From Zancudomyces culisetae HAW-14-8 (lineage: Eukaryota; Fungi; Kickxellomycota), in the NCBI GenBank assembly GCA_052426225.1, contig JBNJNM010000007.1, positions 1,054,448 through 1,118,447 of the forward strand: a stretch of 64,000 nt of DNA, read 5' to 3'. The translations under genes and the position numbers were made by a program. Position 1 is the stretch's first letter; the number at the start of each line of letters is the position of its first letter. Positions 1 to 11,893 of the stretch are shown here, in pieces. The notes under the pieces are model-generated. The model did not search any database. It was given only the letters and a program-made list of their open reading frames with translations, and was not told where the DNA came from.

Positions 1-699
1 TCGTCGCCGCTTATCTTCACGTCCTCCACTTTCCAGCACCCCTCCAACTGGTGGCGATCCCCGCTCTCCGCCCGGTCCTCCCCTCCTACGTCCTGTATCG
101 TTTATGCCTCTTCTGTACACGCGTCTTTGCTCCTCCTCCCACTCTTTCTCCAGTTCTCCTACCCGCTGCTGCCATACCTCGTACTGCTCCTTAAACTTCT
201 TTTGCAGCTCCTTTTCTTTCGTTTCTCGCTCCTCTTGCTTTTGCTGCAGATGCTTTATCAGCTCTCCCTCTATCTCCTTGTGTCGCTGCATCTGTTCTTC
301 CCAAAACCACCATTCTTGTGGCTCCTTGAAACTTCCTGGTACAAATTTGCTCTCCGTTTCCAAAAAATCGCGTGCTATTTTGCCTCTCACTTGTGCCGCC
401 CGCCTCTGATTTTCCAAATATATTCGCCTCATCATTTGCTTGTCGTTTCCCTCCTCCTCTACTCCCTTTTTTGTTGCTCTTTCCTTACCCCTTTTTCCTT
501 CTTCTTTTATCTCTAGCTCGTACCATTTGATTTTTTCTGTCTCTTCTCCTTCATCGGAACTGTCTCCATAGAGTATATCTTCATCCTCTTCATCCTCCAC
601 GACTTTTCGTGATTTTCCTCCAATTTCAAAGATACCTTTATTCTCTGTTACTCGTGCCCTAATTGGCACCTTTTGCCAATCTCTGCTAGCAATACCCAT
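1..699 (-). CDS. 5' part of a charged coiled-coil protein gene running off the window (possibly Snt1/NCoR-like N-terminus)
   Basis: ATG at 699-697 opens an uninterrupted Glu/Lys/Arg-rich frame (MGIASRDWQKVP...ELQKKFKEQYEVWQQRVGEL...) to the window edge. The + strand ORFs at 104 and 127 are its shadows. Confidence 0.75.
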   Translation of the reverse strand, partial: MGIASRDWQKVPIRARVTENKGIFEIGGKSRKVVEDEEDEDILYGDSSDEGEETEKIKWYELEIKEEGKRGKERATKKGVEEEGNDKQMMRRIYLENQRRAAQVRGKIARDFLETESKFVPGSFKEPQEWWFWEEQMQRHKEIEGELIKHLQQKQEERETKEKELQKKFKEQYEVWQQRVGELEKEWEEEQRRVYRRGINDTGRRRGGPGGERGSPPVGGVLESGGREDKRRR

Positions 700-1201
700 T
701 TGCTCGTTTAATTTTGCAATTTCCAATCAAACTTGCAAAAGTCGATTTACTCAGAATATTCTACAACTTTCTTTTTGTTTTGTTATTCTACTTTTACTCT
801 TTTTTTAATTGTTGTAACTATTTCTTTTATTACAGTAATTTCTGTATTGTATTAATTAGTTACGATTCCTTTGTTTACAACTTATAGTGGTTTCATATAA
901 TTGCCTCGCTATTATTTTTAATCCATGGCAAACTTTCGCAAATTAAACCGAATTTGCAAATTTCCACATTTTCTTCGTGATTATACCACCTACGATTTAG
1001 GGAGCTGGTTGGAATAAATCATCAAAAGTTGGATTTTTGCGAAAAAAAAAATTTTTTTTTCCAGCTATAATATTGCCTTACTCCATAATTAAAATAAAAA
1101 AGGCCAAAATTAAAAGTGCACCTAATAAAAGATATTGTTATACTCAACAACGTAATAACTGTAGAATTAGCATATAAATAAAATATAAAGACGGACACAA
1201 G

Positions 1202-2119
1202 ATGGCGATTAGCGAATTTGAGGCCCAAGTCTTCCAGAAAGTTCACCCTAAAGAATACCAACAGCGATTTTTGGCACAGGCTATCCGAACCGATGGAAGA
1301 GCCTTTGATCAATTCCGAAATACAAAAATCACAAAAGGAGGAATCGAAACCGCTCACGGTTCATCCACCGTAAGGATTGGTCGAACAACAGTTGTCTGTG
1401 GAATCAAGGGCGAAGTTTGTGAGCCTAGGCTGATATCTGCGGCTTACCCCCAAGCCGGTTCTCGCGGCTTTATAGTCCCAAGCGTAAAACTAACCAGCAT
1501 CAGTTCGAGCAAGTTTTTGCAAGGTGGTGCAACAAATCAGATATCTCAAGTATTGAGCGAACAAGTATACCGACTTTTGTTTACATCTGATAGCAATTCA
1601 AAGCATGCACAAAACGACAATCTTGAAGATTTCAGCACGCTATTGGATCAACTGTGTATTGCCAAAGACAAAGCAGTTTGGGTGTTATATGCTGATCTTG
1701 TATGTATAAACTACGATGGAAACATTCTTGATGCCGTATTGCTGGCCCTGATCAATGCCCTGAAAGATGTCAAGCTCCCAGTTGCAACTTTTGACGAAGA
1801 ACTCGGCGTTGTCTTTTGTGGCGATGATGGTGCTAGTGTAGGGGACAGCAATGATGGCCAGAAGGTTTCGCTGCAGCTTAAAAGCAACTTGTATCCGACA
1901 TCATTCTGTGTGTTCTCATCCGGCGAAAACAAGTGCCTGCTGGTGGATCCAACCGAACTCGAAGAAGACAGCTGTGATGGATCAATCTCACTGGTTCTGG
2001 ACGACTCTGGTGCTATTGTAAATATATGGAAACTCGGAGATGGGGTAGGTACAAATGAACTTGAGCTATGCTATGAACGAGCACTACAGAGAAAAAAAGA
2101 GTTGGCTAGCATGCTCTAG
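1202..2119 (+). CDS. RRP43: Exosome complex RNase PH-like subunit Rrp43/EXOSC8
   Basis: FQKVHPKEY..RFL...IRTDGRAFDQFR, GSSTVRIGRTTVVCGIK, WVLYADLVCINYDGNILDA, LLVDPT.LEE. Confidence 0.9.
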   Translation: MAISEFEAQVFQKVHPKEYQQRFLAQAIRTDGRAFDQFRNTKITKGGIETAHGSSTVRIGRTTVVCGIKGEVCEPRLISAAYPQAGSRGFIVPSVKLTSISSSKFLQGGATNQISQVLSEQVYRLLFTSDSNSKHAQNDNLEDFSTLLDQLCIAKDKAVWVLYADLVCINYDGNILDAVLLALINALKDVKLPVATFDEELGVVFCGDDGASVGDSNDGQKVSLQLKSNLYPTSFCVFSSGENKCLLVDPTELEEDSCDGSISLVLDDSGAIVNIWKLGDGVGTNELELCYERALQRKKELASML

Positions 2120-2321
2120 ATCTGCCACGCTCACACCTATTTTTCTCTTTCCCTTTCTGATATTATTTTAGTGCTGGTTCTAAATCCCGAAAAAAAATAA
2201 AGTTTTATACACACTGTTTATATGTAATAATATATTTAAAAGTTTCCAAGTAAAATAAACATGAAAAGAACAAAAAAAAAAGTCTTAGTATTTTTTAAAA
2301 AGAACAAACTATATCAATTCC

Positions 2322-3489
2322 TTAGTTGGTCTCTTTGGCTGGGACATTTGGGTTGATCTTCTTTCCATCCTTAGTAAATCTTACACGTGGTGGTGGAGCA
2401 CGGCTGCGACGGCCCTCTGAGGAACGTACACGGACAATGTGACTGTGGATAGCACATGCAACACAGTATTGAGACTTGATGTACAGTTTAGGAAGAGCAT
2501 ATGATTCGTAAACTGAAGCTTCTGCCATATCTCTTTGAGCAGCTGCCTCAACCATGTTTCTTACGGAGAATCTCTTGATGGCCTTATCCTATTATCGTGT
2601 CAATATTCTTGTTAGTATCAATTCCCCCTTTTTACATAAACTTGCCACTGTTTAGCAATGAAGACCCCCAAATTCCCTTTTTCCACTAGTAAGACTAGAC
2701 ATGGATTTAAAAAACAGAGAAAAGGGATGTCATAATGCGTAGCGAAATGGGTAATGTGTATTCAATAAAGTACCTTTGGGCAACAGCGGTAGCAGTTGTC
2801 GCATCTAATAGGATTGGTGTGTCCGCGCCCCTTCTTGTTGCGTCCGTGATTTCTGCGCTTGACTGTCTACAGTAACGTTAATAATCATATCATGTTAGCA
2901 TAAGATCAAATGATTCTTCAACAAGGTATATCTAACAATAAATCTGCTGCTCTGTCCAGATAGGGATAGCACAATAGTGCAAAATGGTTCTAGCTTATTC
3001 TAACACCAAAAGCCAAAATACCGCACAATATACACCCAGCATAGTTAAGGGTTCCAAGCCCAAAGCTGATCAAATGACATTTAGCTCTGTAAAATTAAAG
3101 ACAGCTAAAGAATTGAAGTGCCCTGAAAAAATCTCTTCAATTAAATACATTGATTATCCGAGTCTTGAAATGAAGAGTTATTTGCTTATAGATATTTGAA
3201 TCTGAAATTAAAATCGTAATCATAATCATTATCCGCACTTGTTATCAACCGAAATTCAAAAAAAATTCAGAAAAGCGCGGCAGATTCAAACTTCAGCATT
3301 AATAACAGGTCTCAATGTAGCTTTCTTCTCTAACGATTAAAGAATAAAATATAACCGACAAAAACGCCTGTCTCCTCTAAAATTCGAATCCCAAAAACAG
3401 TATATTTTAACCGTCGTCATGTTGCGTGCGTAAATAATTTATCTTTTCCATTCTATATTGAGTTAATCTGTCCCGTTAATACTTACCAT
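2322..3489 (-). CDS. RPS26: 40S ribosomal protein eS26; exons 3489-3487, 2866-2774, 2588-2322
   Basis: Spliced product [17 protein letters not shown]...[17 protein letters not shown]...[16 protein letters not shown]; both introns GT..AG and in phase. Confidence 0.97.
2950..3075 (-). ncRNA. Candidate intronic H/ACA snoRNA in RPS26 intron 1
   Basis: On the - strand: H box AGAAUA, hairpin CUAGA-ACCAUUUU-GCAC(UAUU)GUGC-UAUCCCUA-UCUGG, then ACA. The 5' hairpin is less clear. Confidence 0.5.
3262..3424 (-). ncRNA. Candidate intronic C/D snoRNA in RPS26 intron 1
   Basis: Box-C-like AUGACGA (3420-3414), CUGA at ~3296 and at 3270-3267, and 12 nt AGACCUGUUAUU complementary to conserved 18S rRNA AAUAACAGGUCU. 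Confidence 0.4.
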
Positions 3490-4174
3490 CTTTAAGAACT
3501 GGTTAGTTTACTATTATTTACTTGAAGATTATAATACTAAATATATTATAAGTATTCTAAACAAGAGGAGAAAAAAATTATTTTCTACACTTGACTCTTA
3601 TTTCGTTTTCCTTAATTTTTTTTTATTCGCAATTTTTTGTTCATTGCCCGCCAGCTGGTTTTTGAACTATTATTTTATTTCTGGTTCAGAGCTGGGCAAG
3701 TCCTCAACAGTTACGAGAAAAATTATAAATTCGTCAATAGTTGGCCAGTTGCTTGGTCAGTCAATCTTTTTCAATGGAAAAAAAAATTTTGGAAAATGAA
3801 TTAACATCAGAACATCCTATGAAACTAACATTATTGGCTCCGGAGGCGAATCGTAACTTTGAAGAGTTTTTATATTTTTTCTTCCCTTTCTTCCCCCATC
3901 AATATTAGCTTTGTTATGTTTGCACCAATTTAAAAGCACAGTAAAATAATCGGAAAACCGCCAAGTTTGCAAAGGCTAGTTTTTTTTTGAACTTGCAAGA
4001 TCAAAAAAACCATCGAAGCAAGCGATCAGAGCTGGTGTAAGTTCTCAGAGTAGATCTTTTTTTTTTGTTAATAGATAATTCATATAGTACCGAGACTATA
4101 CTTGCCACGATCTAATCAAAGTATAGCTAATGCATGATTTTGAATTGTAAGGAAGAATATATAGTAATTCGAAA

Positions 4175-6277
4175 ATGATCACAGGAAATTTTACAATAAA
4201 TGGGCTGAGAACAAGCAAGTATGCAGTAAGAAACAATCTCTTGGCAGTTCTCAGACACCCAAGTCGTAAGCATAGCTTTCTAGTAACCAAGGGTCAACTC
4301 GATCAGTCTCAACGTTTTAAAAAGCTACATGATTTAACAAATCATCAGCAACAAGGCAAAATCTGTATCTTTACAAAAAATACCAACGCTAGAATTAGCG
4401 GTGGTGTTCGATATGCTAGCAGTATTCCAAAAGAAACAATCAAAGCGAGATTTGATAAGGGTAAATGTTGCCCAGGATGTGGGGCTGTATTTCAAACAAA
4501 AATAGTTGACGAGCCTGGATACTTACCAGCGGACATCATGAAAGAGCTCCGGGAAAAAGAGAGGGAAAAAGTAATGAAAGCACATGAAAAAGAGCTAAGC
4601 ATGTTCTACACAGAAAAACCTATAGAAAAAGAAGAAACCCATGAGGTAGAAAAGCAAGAGGTAGACGCAGAGGTAAATCAACAACAACAGGAGCGAGAAA
4701 AGAAACCAGAGAAGAGTATGGAGACAGGAGAGGGTGGTGATATAGTCGTTTCTGGTGATATAAACAAAAGCATCATAAATGATGGTAAACGTGAACAAGA
4801 AAATATCAAAACTGAGTTGCATGAACAAGAGGAAGATCGAAAAATTTTGTGCTACAGATGCCATGGGTTAAAAAATTACGGTCGATTGCCGCGAGATTGG
4901 ATGCAAGATGTGATATCAGATCCGAGGGAATTGAAGTTTTTGAAATACAAAAAGAATATTACTGTAGTGATTGTGTGTGACTTTTTTGATGTGATTGGGA
5001 GCATGATAAAAAACATTGGTGACTATATTGGTGAATACCACAAAGTGATATTAGTTGGAAATAAAATGGATTTGCTACCATCATCAAAACTAATTCTACA
5101 ACATAGAGATAAAAAGGATGGAAAGGATGTGGCGATCCAGCAACGGTTGGAACGATATTTATATACACAAGCAAAATCGTACATGAATTTAAAACCAGCA
5201 AATATTGAAGGAGTGTTTTGCATCAGTGCACTAAAAAATCTGGGTGTTCGGGAACTTGCCGATGCGCTACAACAAAAGCTAGAAAAAAATTCATATCATC
5301 AAGATATATTCCTGGTAGGGCGAGCAAATTGTGGGAAAAGCGAACTAACTAATGCGCTACTGCGAATTAGCTACAAAACGTACTATGAAAATAAGGTAAT
5401 GACATCCAAGATCCCAGGGACTACAATTGGAGTGTACGGATTACCATTGACTGCTTTCCGCAAGGCATTGATTCCATTTACACCTGGGCAAACACAAAAA
5501 CAACAGCAAGACGACGATAGGCGGTTCTATAATCGGTACGTTTATGATACACCAGGTGTGTTTTCCAAAAAGGGGAATATAACCAGTCACCTTACGCCAA
5601 AAGAACTGAAAATGGTTGTTCCAACTAAACGGTTGCTTCCATTTACTTACAAGCTAGACCCTGGCCAGTCAATCGCACTGGGAGGTTGCGGCCGACTAGA
5701 TCTACCTAAGGACTCAAACACGGATAGCCTGTTCGTAACAGTTTTCAGTGCCATCAAAATTCACAAAACATCGATTAAAAAGGCAAAGGAACAGTTTGAG
5801 GCTTTACATGCAGGAAAAAAAACAATTCTGGTTCCTCCACTGCAGCCTGATCGTCGATTATCGTCGCCAGTGCTATCACCATCATCCTCGCCAGTACCTG
5901 CGATGTTACCACGTGAGGGCAGCTTAGAGCAGGAAAATAGCCATGAAAAGGATCAGGAACAGAATGAGCAGAGGGAACAAGAAGGGGAACAGGAAAATGT
6001 GCACAAAAAAACAAAACCACACAATCTGGTATTTCCTGAAGCTAAATTGGCTCTAGATCTACATGATGTGCCCGGAACACACAAAGCCGTAGCTTGGCTC
6101 GATGTGGTATTTTCCGGGGTGGGCTGGTTTGCTTTAACAGGCCACAGCAAAAAGTTCCACATTCAAGTGTACTCGCCAAACGGTACAGGAGTGCATACAC
6201 GGCCCCCGCTACAACCTTTTGAATATAACAACGTTATTACAAAGTATACTTCTAATATGCGGAAGACTCCATACTAA
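4175..6277 (+). CDS. GEP3: Mitochondrial circularly permuted ribosome-assembly GTPase (Gep3/Mtg3/NOA1/YqeH family)
   Basis: CPGCG...CYRC zinc motif; motif order G4 NKMD, G5 SA, G1 GRANCGKS, G2 PGTT, G3 DTPG; C-terminal DVVFSGVGW; presequence-like N-terminus. Confidence 0.88.
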   Translation: MITGNFTINGLRTSKYAVRNNLLAVLRHPSRKHSFLVTKGQLDQSQRFKKLHDLTNHQQQGKICIFTKNTNARISGGVRYASSIPKETIKARFDKGKCCPGCGAVFQTKIVDEPGYLPADIMKELREKEREKVMKAHEKELSMFYTEKPIEKEETHEVEKQEVDAEVNQQQQEREKKPEKSMETGEGGDIVVSGDINKSIINDGKREQENIKTELHEQEEDRKILCYRCHGLKNYGRLPRDWMQDVISDPRELKFLKYKKNITVVIVCDFFDVIGSMIKNIGDYIGEYHKVILVGNKMDLLPSSKLILQHRDKKDGKDVAIQQRLERYLYTQAKSYMNLKPANIEGVFCISALKNLGVRELADALQQKLEKNSYHQDIFLVGRANCGKSELTNALLRISYKTYYENKVMTSKIPGTTIGVYGLPLTAFRKALIPFTPGQTQKQQQDDDRRFYNRYVYDTPGVFSKKGNITSHLTPKELKMVVPTKRLLPFTYKLDPGQSIALGGCGRLDLPKDSNTDSLFVTVFSAIKIHKTSIKKAKEQFEALHAGKKTILVPPLQPDRRLSSPVLSPSSSPVPAMLPREGSLEQENSHEKDQEQNEQREQEGEQENVHKKTKPHNLVFPEAKLALDLHDVPGTHKAVAWLDVVFSGVGWFALTGHSKKFHIQVYSPNGTGVHTRPPLQPFEYNNVITKYTSNMRKTPY

Positions 6278-6387
6278 GCTAAAAATATATAAATAAACAA
6301 GTAAACATGTAATATAGTAAAGTTAGCCTAATTTATCCAATTGAAACCACCACCATTCAATTTATTTATTCAAATTATCTAGTCTTT

Positions 6388-7959
6388 TCAAGTGCTTCGC
6401 TTTACTTCAGCGTTGCCAAACAGCTCAAAGCTGGTTCGTCTAACGACCCGCTGTCTCGTTTCTTCGCCGTTTCCAGTCTCGCCGCCAGGGTTGTCTATGT
6501 TAAACTGAGCAGCAACCAAGTTTTCGCTGTTGTTCCTTGCAAAGCTTCCTCGTGCCATATTGACAGGTGATTCATTAACTGAACCAGATGACGATCGGTT
6601 AAGCGACCGATGTCTATGGAGCCGTCCGCCACCCTCTACGTCGCCTTCCTTGGGCCCACGCACATATTTTGCTGACGTCATCACCTTCTCGCTTGCATGA
6701 TTGCCTGTCTGCCCAGGCGGAGTTAGTGTTGCGCTTCTGCCTCGACGATCAGTGCTAAACAGATTTGTAGGAAAAGTTGTCTTGCCGTAATTGTCCTTCC
6801 TTCCATCACTCCACTCATGTGTACCAGCCCTCTTTTTAACATTAGCTGCCTCTTGCCTCACTGGTGTTTTCATTTTATCTGTACTCCTCGCCTCTTCATC
6901 TCCACCCAGCAACCGCTGCGCCTCTGTCACTATCTCTTCTATTCGCTCGAACTCTTTATCCCCCATTGTTTCGTTTACTCCACCACCATTTCCACTATCC
7001 ATATCACCCTTATCGTCTGCCACTCTTGCTATAAATTTGGCCACCGCCCTCTCCTCTTCTCTCAGCTCTGGCTTCTCAGCTCCCTGTAGCAACACTTGCC
7101 CCATATTGACTACCAGCTCTATTATCCTTTCCTCCGGATACTCAATTCCCATCCAATTAATTACCTCCTCAATATCATTTGATGTTTCTACTTTCTCAAT
7201 AATCGCCTTACTCCTTCGTTGTATTTCTTGGTCATATTCCTCTAGCTCCCCCACGCTTCCTTGCGACCATATCCCCATCTTTCTCTTGCCTCTATAAGTC
7301 GAATCCTTGCCGTATTTGTTGTACATCCTACCTATTTCCTCTATTAGCACGGCCTTGTCCCTTTCCTTAGCACTTTTTGTTGTCACCCCCTTTCGCTTCT
7401 TGTATTTCATTTTTACTTCTCGTTCCACTCTTTTTCTTACTTGCTGTGTCTGCAATTCCAAGATGTATTCGCATATCTCCTCCGTACATCCACCTTCGCC
7501 GTTTCGCATCTTCATTTGTCTCACCTCCTCCGCTACTTCTAGACCCACCTCAACCGTATACTCTTCCTCAAATTCCTCCATCTTTCCTGCTTCAAACTCC
7601 TCAAATTGCATTTCAAACAATCTCATCACCTTCTCTCTTATTCTATTGCCTTGGCCAACTACTTTATATCCTGTTCTTTCTCTTAGATTCTGAATTGTTT
7701 TGTACATTTTTAATATTTTTGTATCCAAAACCCTCTCCTTCTTTCCCTTTTTTCTTTCTCTTTTTTGATCAGATTTATGTTGAATGTCTATATTCTCACA
7801 TTTCTTGCTATCTATTTCTTCCCCTTCAATTTCTACCGAGCGCTCACATCTGTTTTCCCTTTTAACCTTTTCTATTTGCAACCTCAAACTTAAATCCATC
7901 AGATAATCGAGTACTAGCACTTCTGCGTGCGTTAAATCTGGAATTCCATGAACTGCCAT
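6388..7959 (-). CDS. Hypothetical 523-aa protein (charged helical N-terminus, disordered C-terminus)
   Basis: Long ORF with the purine-rich codon bias of neighbouring genes; no domain recognised. Confidence 0.75.
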   Translation of the reverse strand: MAVHGIPDLTHAEVLVLDYLMDLSLRLQIEKVKRENRCERSVEIEGEEIDSKKCENIDIQHKSDQKRERKKGKKERVLDTKILKMYKTIQNLRERTGYKVVGQGNRIREKVMRLFEMQFEEFEAGKMEEFEEEYTVEVGLEVAEEVRQMKMRNGEGGCTEEICEYILELQTQQVRKRVEREVKMKYKKRKGVTTKSAKERDKAVLIEEIGRMYNKYGKDSTYRGKRKMGIWSQGSVGELEEYDQEIQRRSKAIIEKVETSNDIEEVINWMGIEYPEERIIELVVNMGQVLLQGAEKPELREEERAVAKFIARVADDKGDMDSGNGGGVNETMGDKEFERIEEIVTEAQRLLGGDEEARSTDKMKTPVRQEAANVKKRAGTHEWSDGRKDNYGKTTFPTNLFSTDRRGRSATLTPPGQTGNHASEKVMTSAKYVRGPKEGDVEGGGRLHRHRSLNRSSSGSVNESPVNMARGSFARNNSENLVAAQFNIDNPGGETGNGEETRQRVVRRTSFELFGNAEVKRST

Positions 7960-10900
7960 TTTCTTATTACCTCCCTGATCAATTCAGCTTTCATGTATTA
8001 TTTTAGTTCTACTCTTTTTTAAATTAAACCCTCTATACCCTCTTTATATCACTTTATTGCCACATCAGGTTAATTTAATCTAGTTTCCAAGAATCCTTTT
8101 ATATTCAAGTGCTTTCAAATATTTTTTCTGTATTCAAATACTATTATCGATTTTGGAGTCTCAATTTATGATTCCAAGTTTCGGAGCTCTCCTCCCCTCT
8201 GTTTCTTTCTGAAGACTTTATGCTCCCTTTTTTAAATAAATAAGCAAATAAATATTTTTGTTTACCTTTCCATAAACTTGCAGAATATACACTTTATTAT
8301 TTAAATCTCGCAATACAAAAAAAATTCTTTGTTTACTTTATATTTTTCAGGCCTTAACTGTTCTGATTTTGTTTACTAATTTTCTGTGTCTTTTTATTCA
8401 CTCCTTTTATTTGATTTATAATTATTTCAATTTCTTTCACACACTAATGACTGGGCTGTGAATTTGCTTTTTCCCGTTTTACACAATCAATGCTAGTTTA
8501 CTTAATTGGTGATTAAGAATTAGGATATTTTCTTTAGACTGCTTTACCAATTTTGTGCTTGTGTCTATTAGGAGAAAATATTCTCAGTATGCTTTCTTTT
8601 TGAAAGCTAAATGCCTGACTTTTACAAATACAAGGTTAGCACACTGTATTTAGAATAATTTTAAGCTTATATCTCGTTATAATTCATCTCTGTCTTCTCA
8701 ATTCCCTCTCTCTCCCCCCCCCCCGCCAACATCTGTTTCTCATTTTTCGTGGCAAACTGTAAAATAGATCATATTCACTCCAGCTTGCCAGAACAAACTC
8801 TATTATTGATTTGTGATCATTTTTATTCAATAATATTTATCCGAATATAACAGTTTAGCATGACTTTTTCAACAACAAAACTCAAAGCTGGTGTTATAAA
8901 ATTTCCACTTACATTCCCACTTTATGAGCTGAAGAGTCATCTTAATTCATCCATTCAAAAAAAAAAAACTTCACCTCCACCTTCCCAACTAAAAATTATC
9001 ATGAATGTACACGTCTTGATAATTGTTTATTTCATATATTAAATAAAAAGAACACCATATCGAGTTATACATAAAAAGTAACGTTTAATGTATACCACCC
9101 AGTTATATAATTATTTCAGTATATTTACTAGTACATATATATATAAAGTCATTTCCCCTGACCTGGGTGTAAAATAAGGCAAGTAGAATATACAAAAACA
9201 CACTTTATTTTCATCAGAACCCACACAAGGAAATGTCGTAAAATATGTAATACAGGATTACATGACAGCTACACCTTTATACGCTTTGAGAAGACTCAAA
9301 AACTGGTTACTATATCAAGGTACCTCCACCCCAATGATTCATATTACTAAACCATTCCTGTGTACTTTTAATGATTTACGGTTACAATCTTGTGTTTGTA
9401 TATTTACTTGACTCTTTGGGTATATATATCAAAGTAATTAGAAGAACCTCAAAATTTGGTGTTGCAACCGCGTTCCTACATTAATGTAATTTTTGTGGTC
9501 TTGTTACAAAAAAAATATTCTTGAAACTGCAGGCATTGAGTGAAAATACTAAAAGGGGTATCATAATCACAAATTTCGAGGTTGTATAACTATTCGGGTG
9601 TTTGTGAAAGATGGTGGGGAGGGAAGAAAGTAACACTAGATAATTAGATAATTTTCTCAGACATTTTAATTTAGCAATGTTTGTTAGTGTTGTTTTTACT
9701 ATTGGTATTTATGTTTACTCGTGGATATATTACTTTCACTTATCTTTCGGATGTGTGTGGTAAAATTAATTGCAAACCCTACCAATACCAGAACGTTGCG
9801 CCAAGAAGACTGAGGTTTTAAGAACTATGCTTTTATCAGCAATACTCTACTTGTCATTGTTTTGTGTATTATTGTTACTATCATCACCATAATTATATTT
9901 CTTATTTGCATTACGGGTAAAGATAATAAGCTCATATTTTGTTTTTGTTTTTAGTTACCCAAATGAAAAGCAATCGATTTACGTTTTTTTTTTTGGTTAT
10001 TTTATTTGGTTTTGGTTTTGTTTTGATCACAAGTTATCAAAGATAGTACGAGGTTGCTTGTTTTAAACAGTATTTGACTAAACAAAGCGGCCGAGGAAAC
10101 ACCTCTTGATATTGTCGCATTATGTTGTGTATTTGCTTTGTTTTTTGTTTCTTCACGAATAAGAAAAATGGAGGTAAATAAGATGGCGTAGTGATTGTAG
10201 TCGAGTGAGCTTGTATATCTACCTAGTTTTTTCATAGTTTAGTTAAAATGAGTATATTTTTAGAGTTGGATGGATGGGTACTCCAATTATGAAGCAGGTA
10301 TTGTTATTATAATTATTGATGGTTTGATGTTTAGGTTAAAGTTGAATTTATAGTTGTTGGAAAGTGCGATATTTTGGCGCAGTTTTCTGGTTTTTTTTTT
10401 AAATCTTTTTTTTTTGAGTTGTGGGGTGTGAGAAGCGGGGCTAATTCCAAAATGAGTAAATTGAAAGAGTAGTAGGACCATACTGACTACTTTACCATCA
10501 ATAGTACAAATTGTTATGAATTTACTGCAATTACCGAGTTTATTGTCGGTATAAATTCCTTTGAAGCCAGAATTTAGCTTTATTTTAAGCGGGATTACCA
10601 AAACATGATCTTTTTTATTTACTGAGTTTGAAGTTACAAATGGAAAAGCTGATAAGGCAAAGTAACCATTGATTTACAGTTAAAGTTAAGTCTAATAGGA
10701 TACTGAATCGTATAAAAGGGTACTTGTGTATCATTTTTCTGGGTTGAACCATGCTCATAACATACCCTCCCAAAAGATAATTAAAAGATAAATTTTATGC
10801 TGTTATATTTTAATATTAATAAGAGTTCAAAGTAATTTAGTTATATGTCAAGACATAAAAAGAAGAAAGCATAAGCTACCAATGTGCTTGTTTTTTATGA

Positions 10901-11893
10901 TATATGATTACAATATTACTCGATATTAATAGTTTAACCGAGAAATTTAAAAAAGGATTACGTCTTAGCAGTCAAATTAGGGTGAGATAAAACCACTTCA
11001 TTAATATAAAACACACAATAAAGTGGTATAAGGGAGGCTAACGAAAAACTTAAAACTCACATCAGTAAACTATAAAAAAAAGGGATTTCTTTGTCGTCCA
11101 AATTGGAGAAAGGTATTAGCGAGGATAAAGGGGACGTTGGGAAATATCAATTTCTATCGAATATAGTGTTTAAATGTCTGTACATTTCCAAGAAAAAGTC
11201 ACCAATAAAGAGGTGTAACTGTTACTTAAGGGGGTACTGCGTCTTGTACTGCCCATGTAGGTGCGGGTATTGTGTGATAGATTATAATGGAGAGGGCTAC
11301 TTTACTGACGACTAGAGACTATATTCACTAAAACTTTTCGTTTAAAAGATTACACATGAATGTGTACACAAACGTATTATCAACCAAGTTGTGCATATTA
11401 GATCGGTAGTTTAATAAATAGTGCGTATTTTATAAATAAACATGTATTTCTAGAGGGAAAGTCAAAATTCAAGCAAAGTTTCAAAGTTGTGTCTATTACT
11501 TTTATATTATTTTTTCATGAATAGAAATAAATACAAGGGTTATCTTTTAATGGGATACAGAACGGTTATGGTTATTAATGCAAGCTACTCACAAACCAAT
11601 ATTCTGCTCGAGAGCTTCAATGATAAGCCATATAGAATCAGTAAAGTCAATGTTTGTCCAGTTTTATTTGCCTTTTAAACGATCGGTTTAACCGTTCTCG
11701 GCATTTGAAGAAAAAAAAAAATTTTTTATTTTGAAAATGATATTGGATTGGATAGAGTGATTTAAAAGAATCTTTAAACACAGATGGTTCCACAATTTAC
11801 AGATATCAATACACTTTCTCTTCACCTATCCTCCCCTTCACCCCCCCCCCTTAAAAAAGAAAAACGAAAAAGAGAATAGTAACACTTTTAGGC

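Noticed and set aside
2955-2995. U17/snR30 (m1/m2-like motifs)
   Set aside because: ACCAU and UAUCCCUA occur in the reverse order to m1/m2, and the m1 match is imperfect
6791-7865. Ser/Phe/Leu-rich + strand ORFs, and similar ORFs opposite other long genes
   Set aside because: Antisense shadows of purine-rich coding strands
8000-11700. Short ORFs including Cys-rich 11091-11315; similar coding-like remnants at 17000-18900 and 24200-25000
   Set aside because: Non-ATG starts or frequent stops and no recognisable domain; possibly old pseudogenes but not supportable
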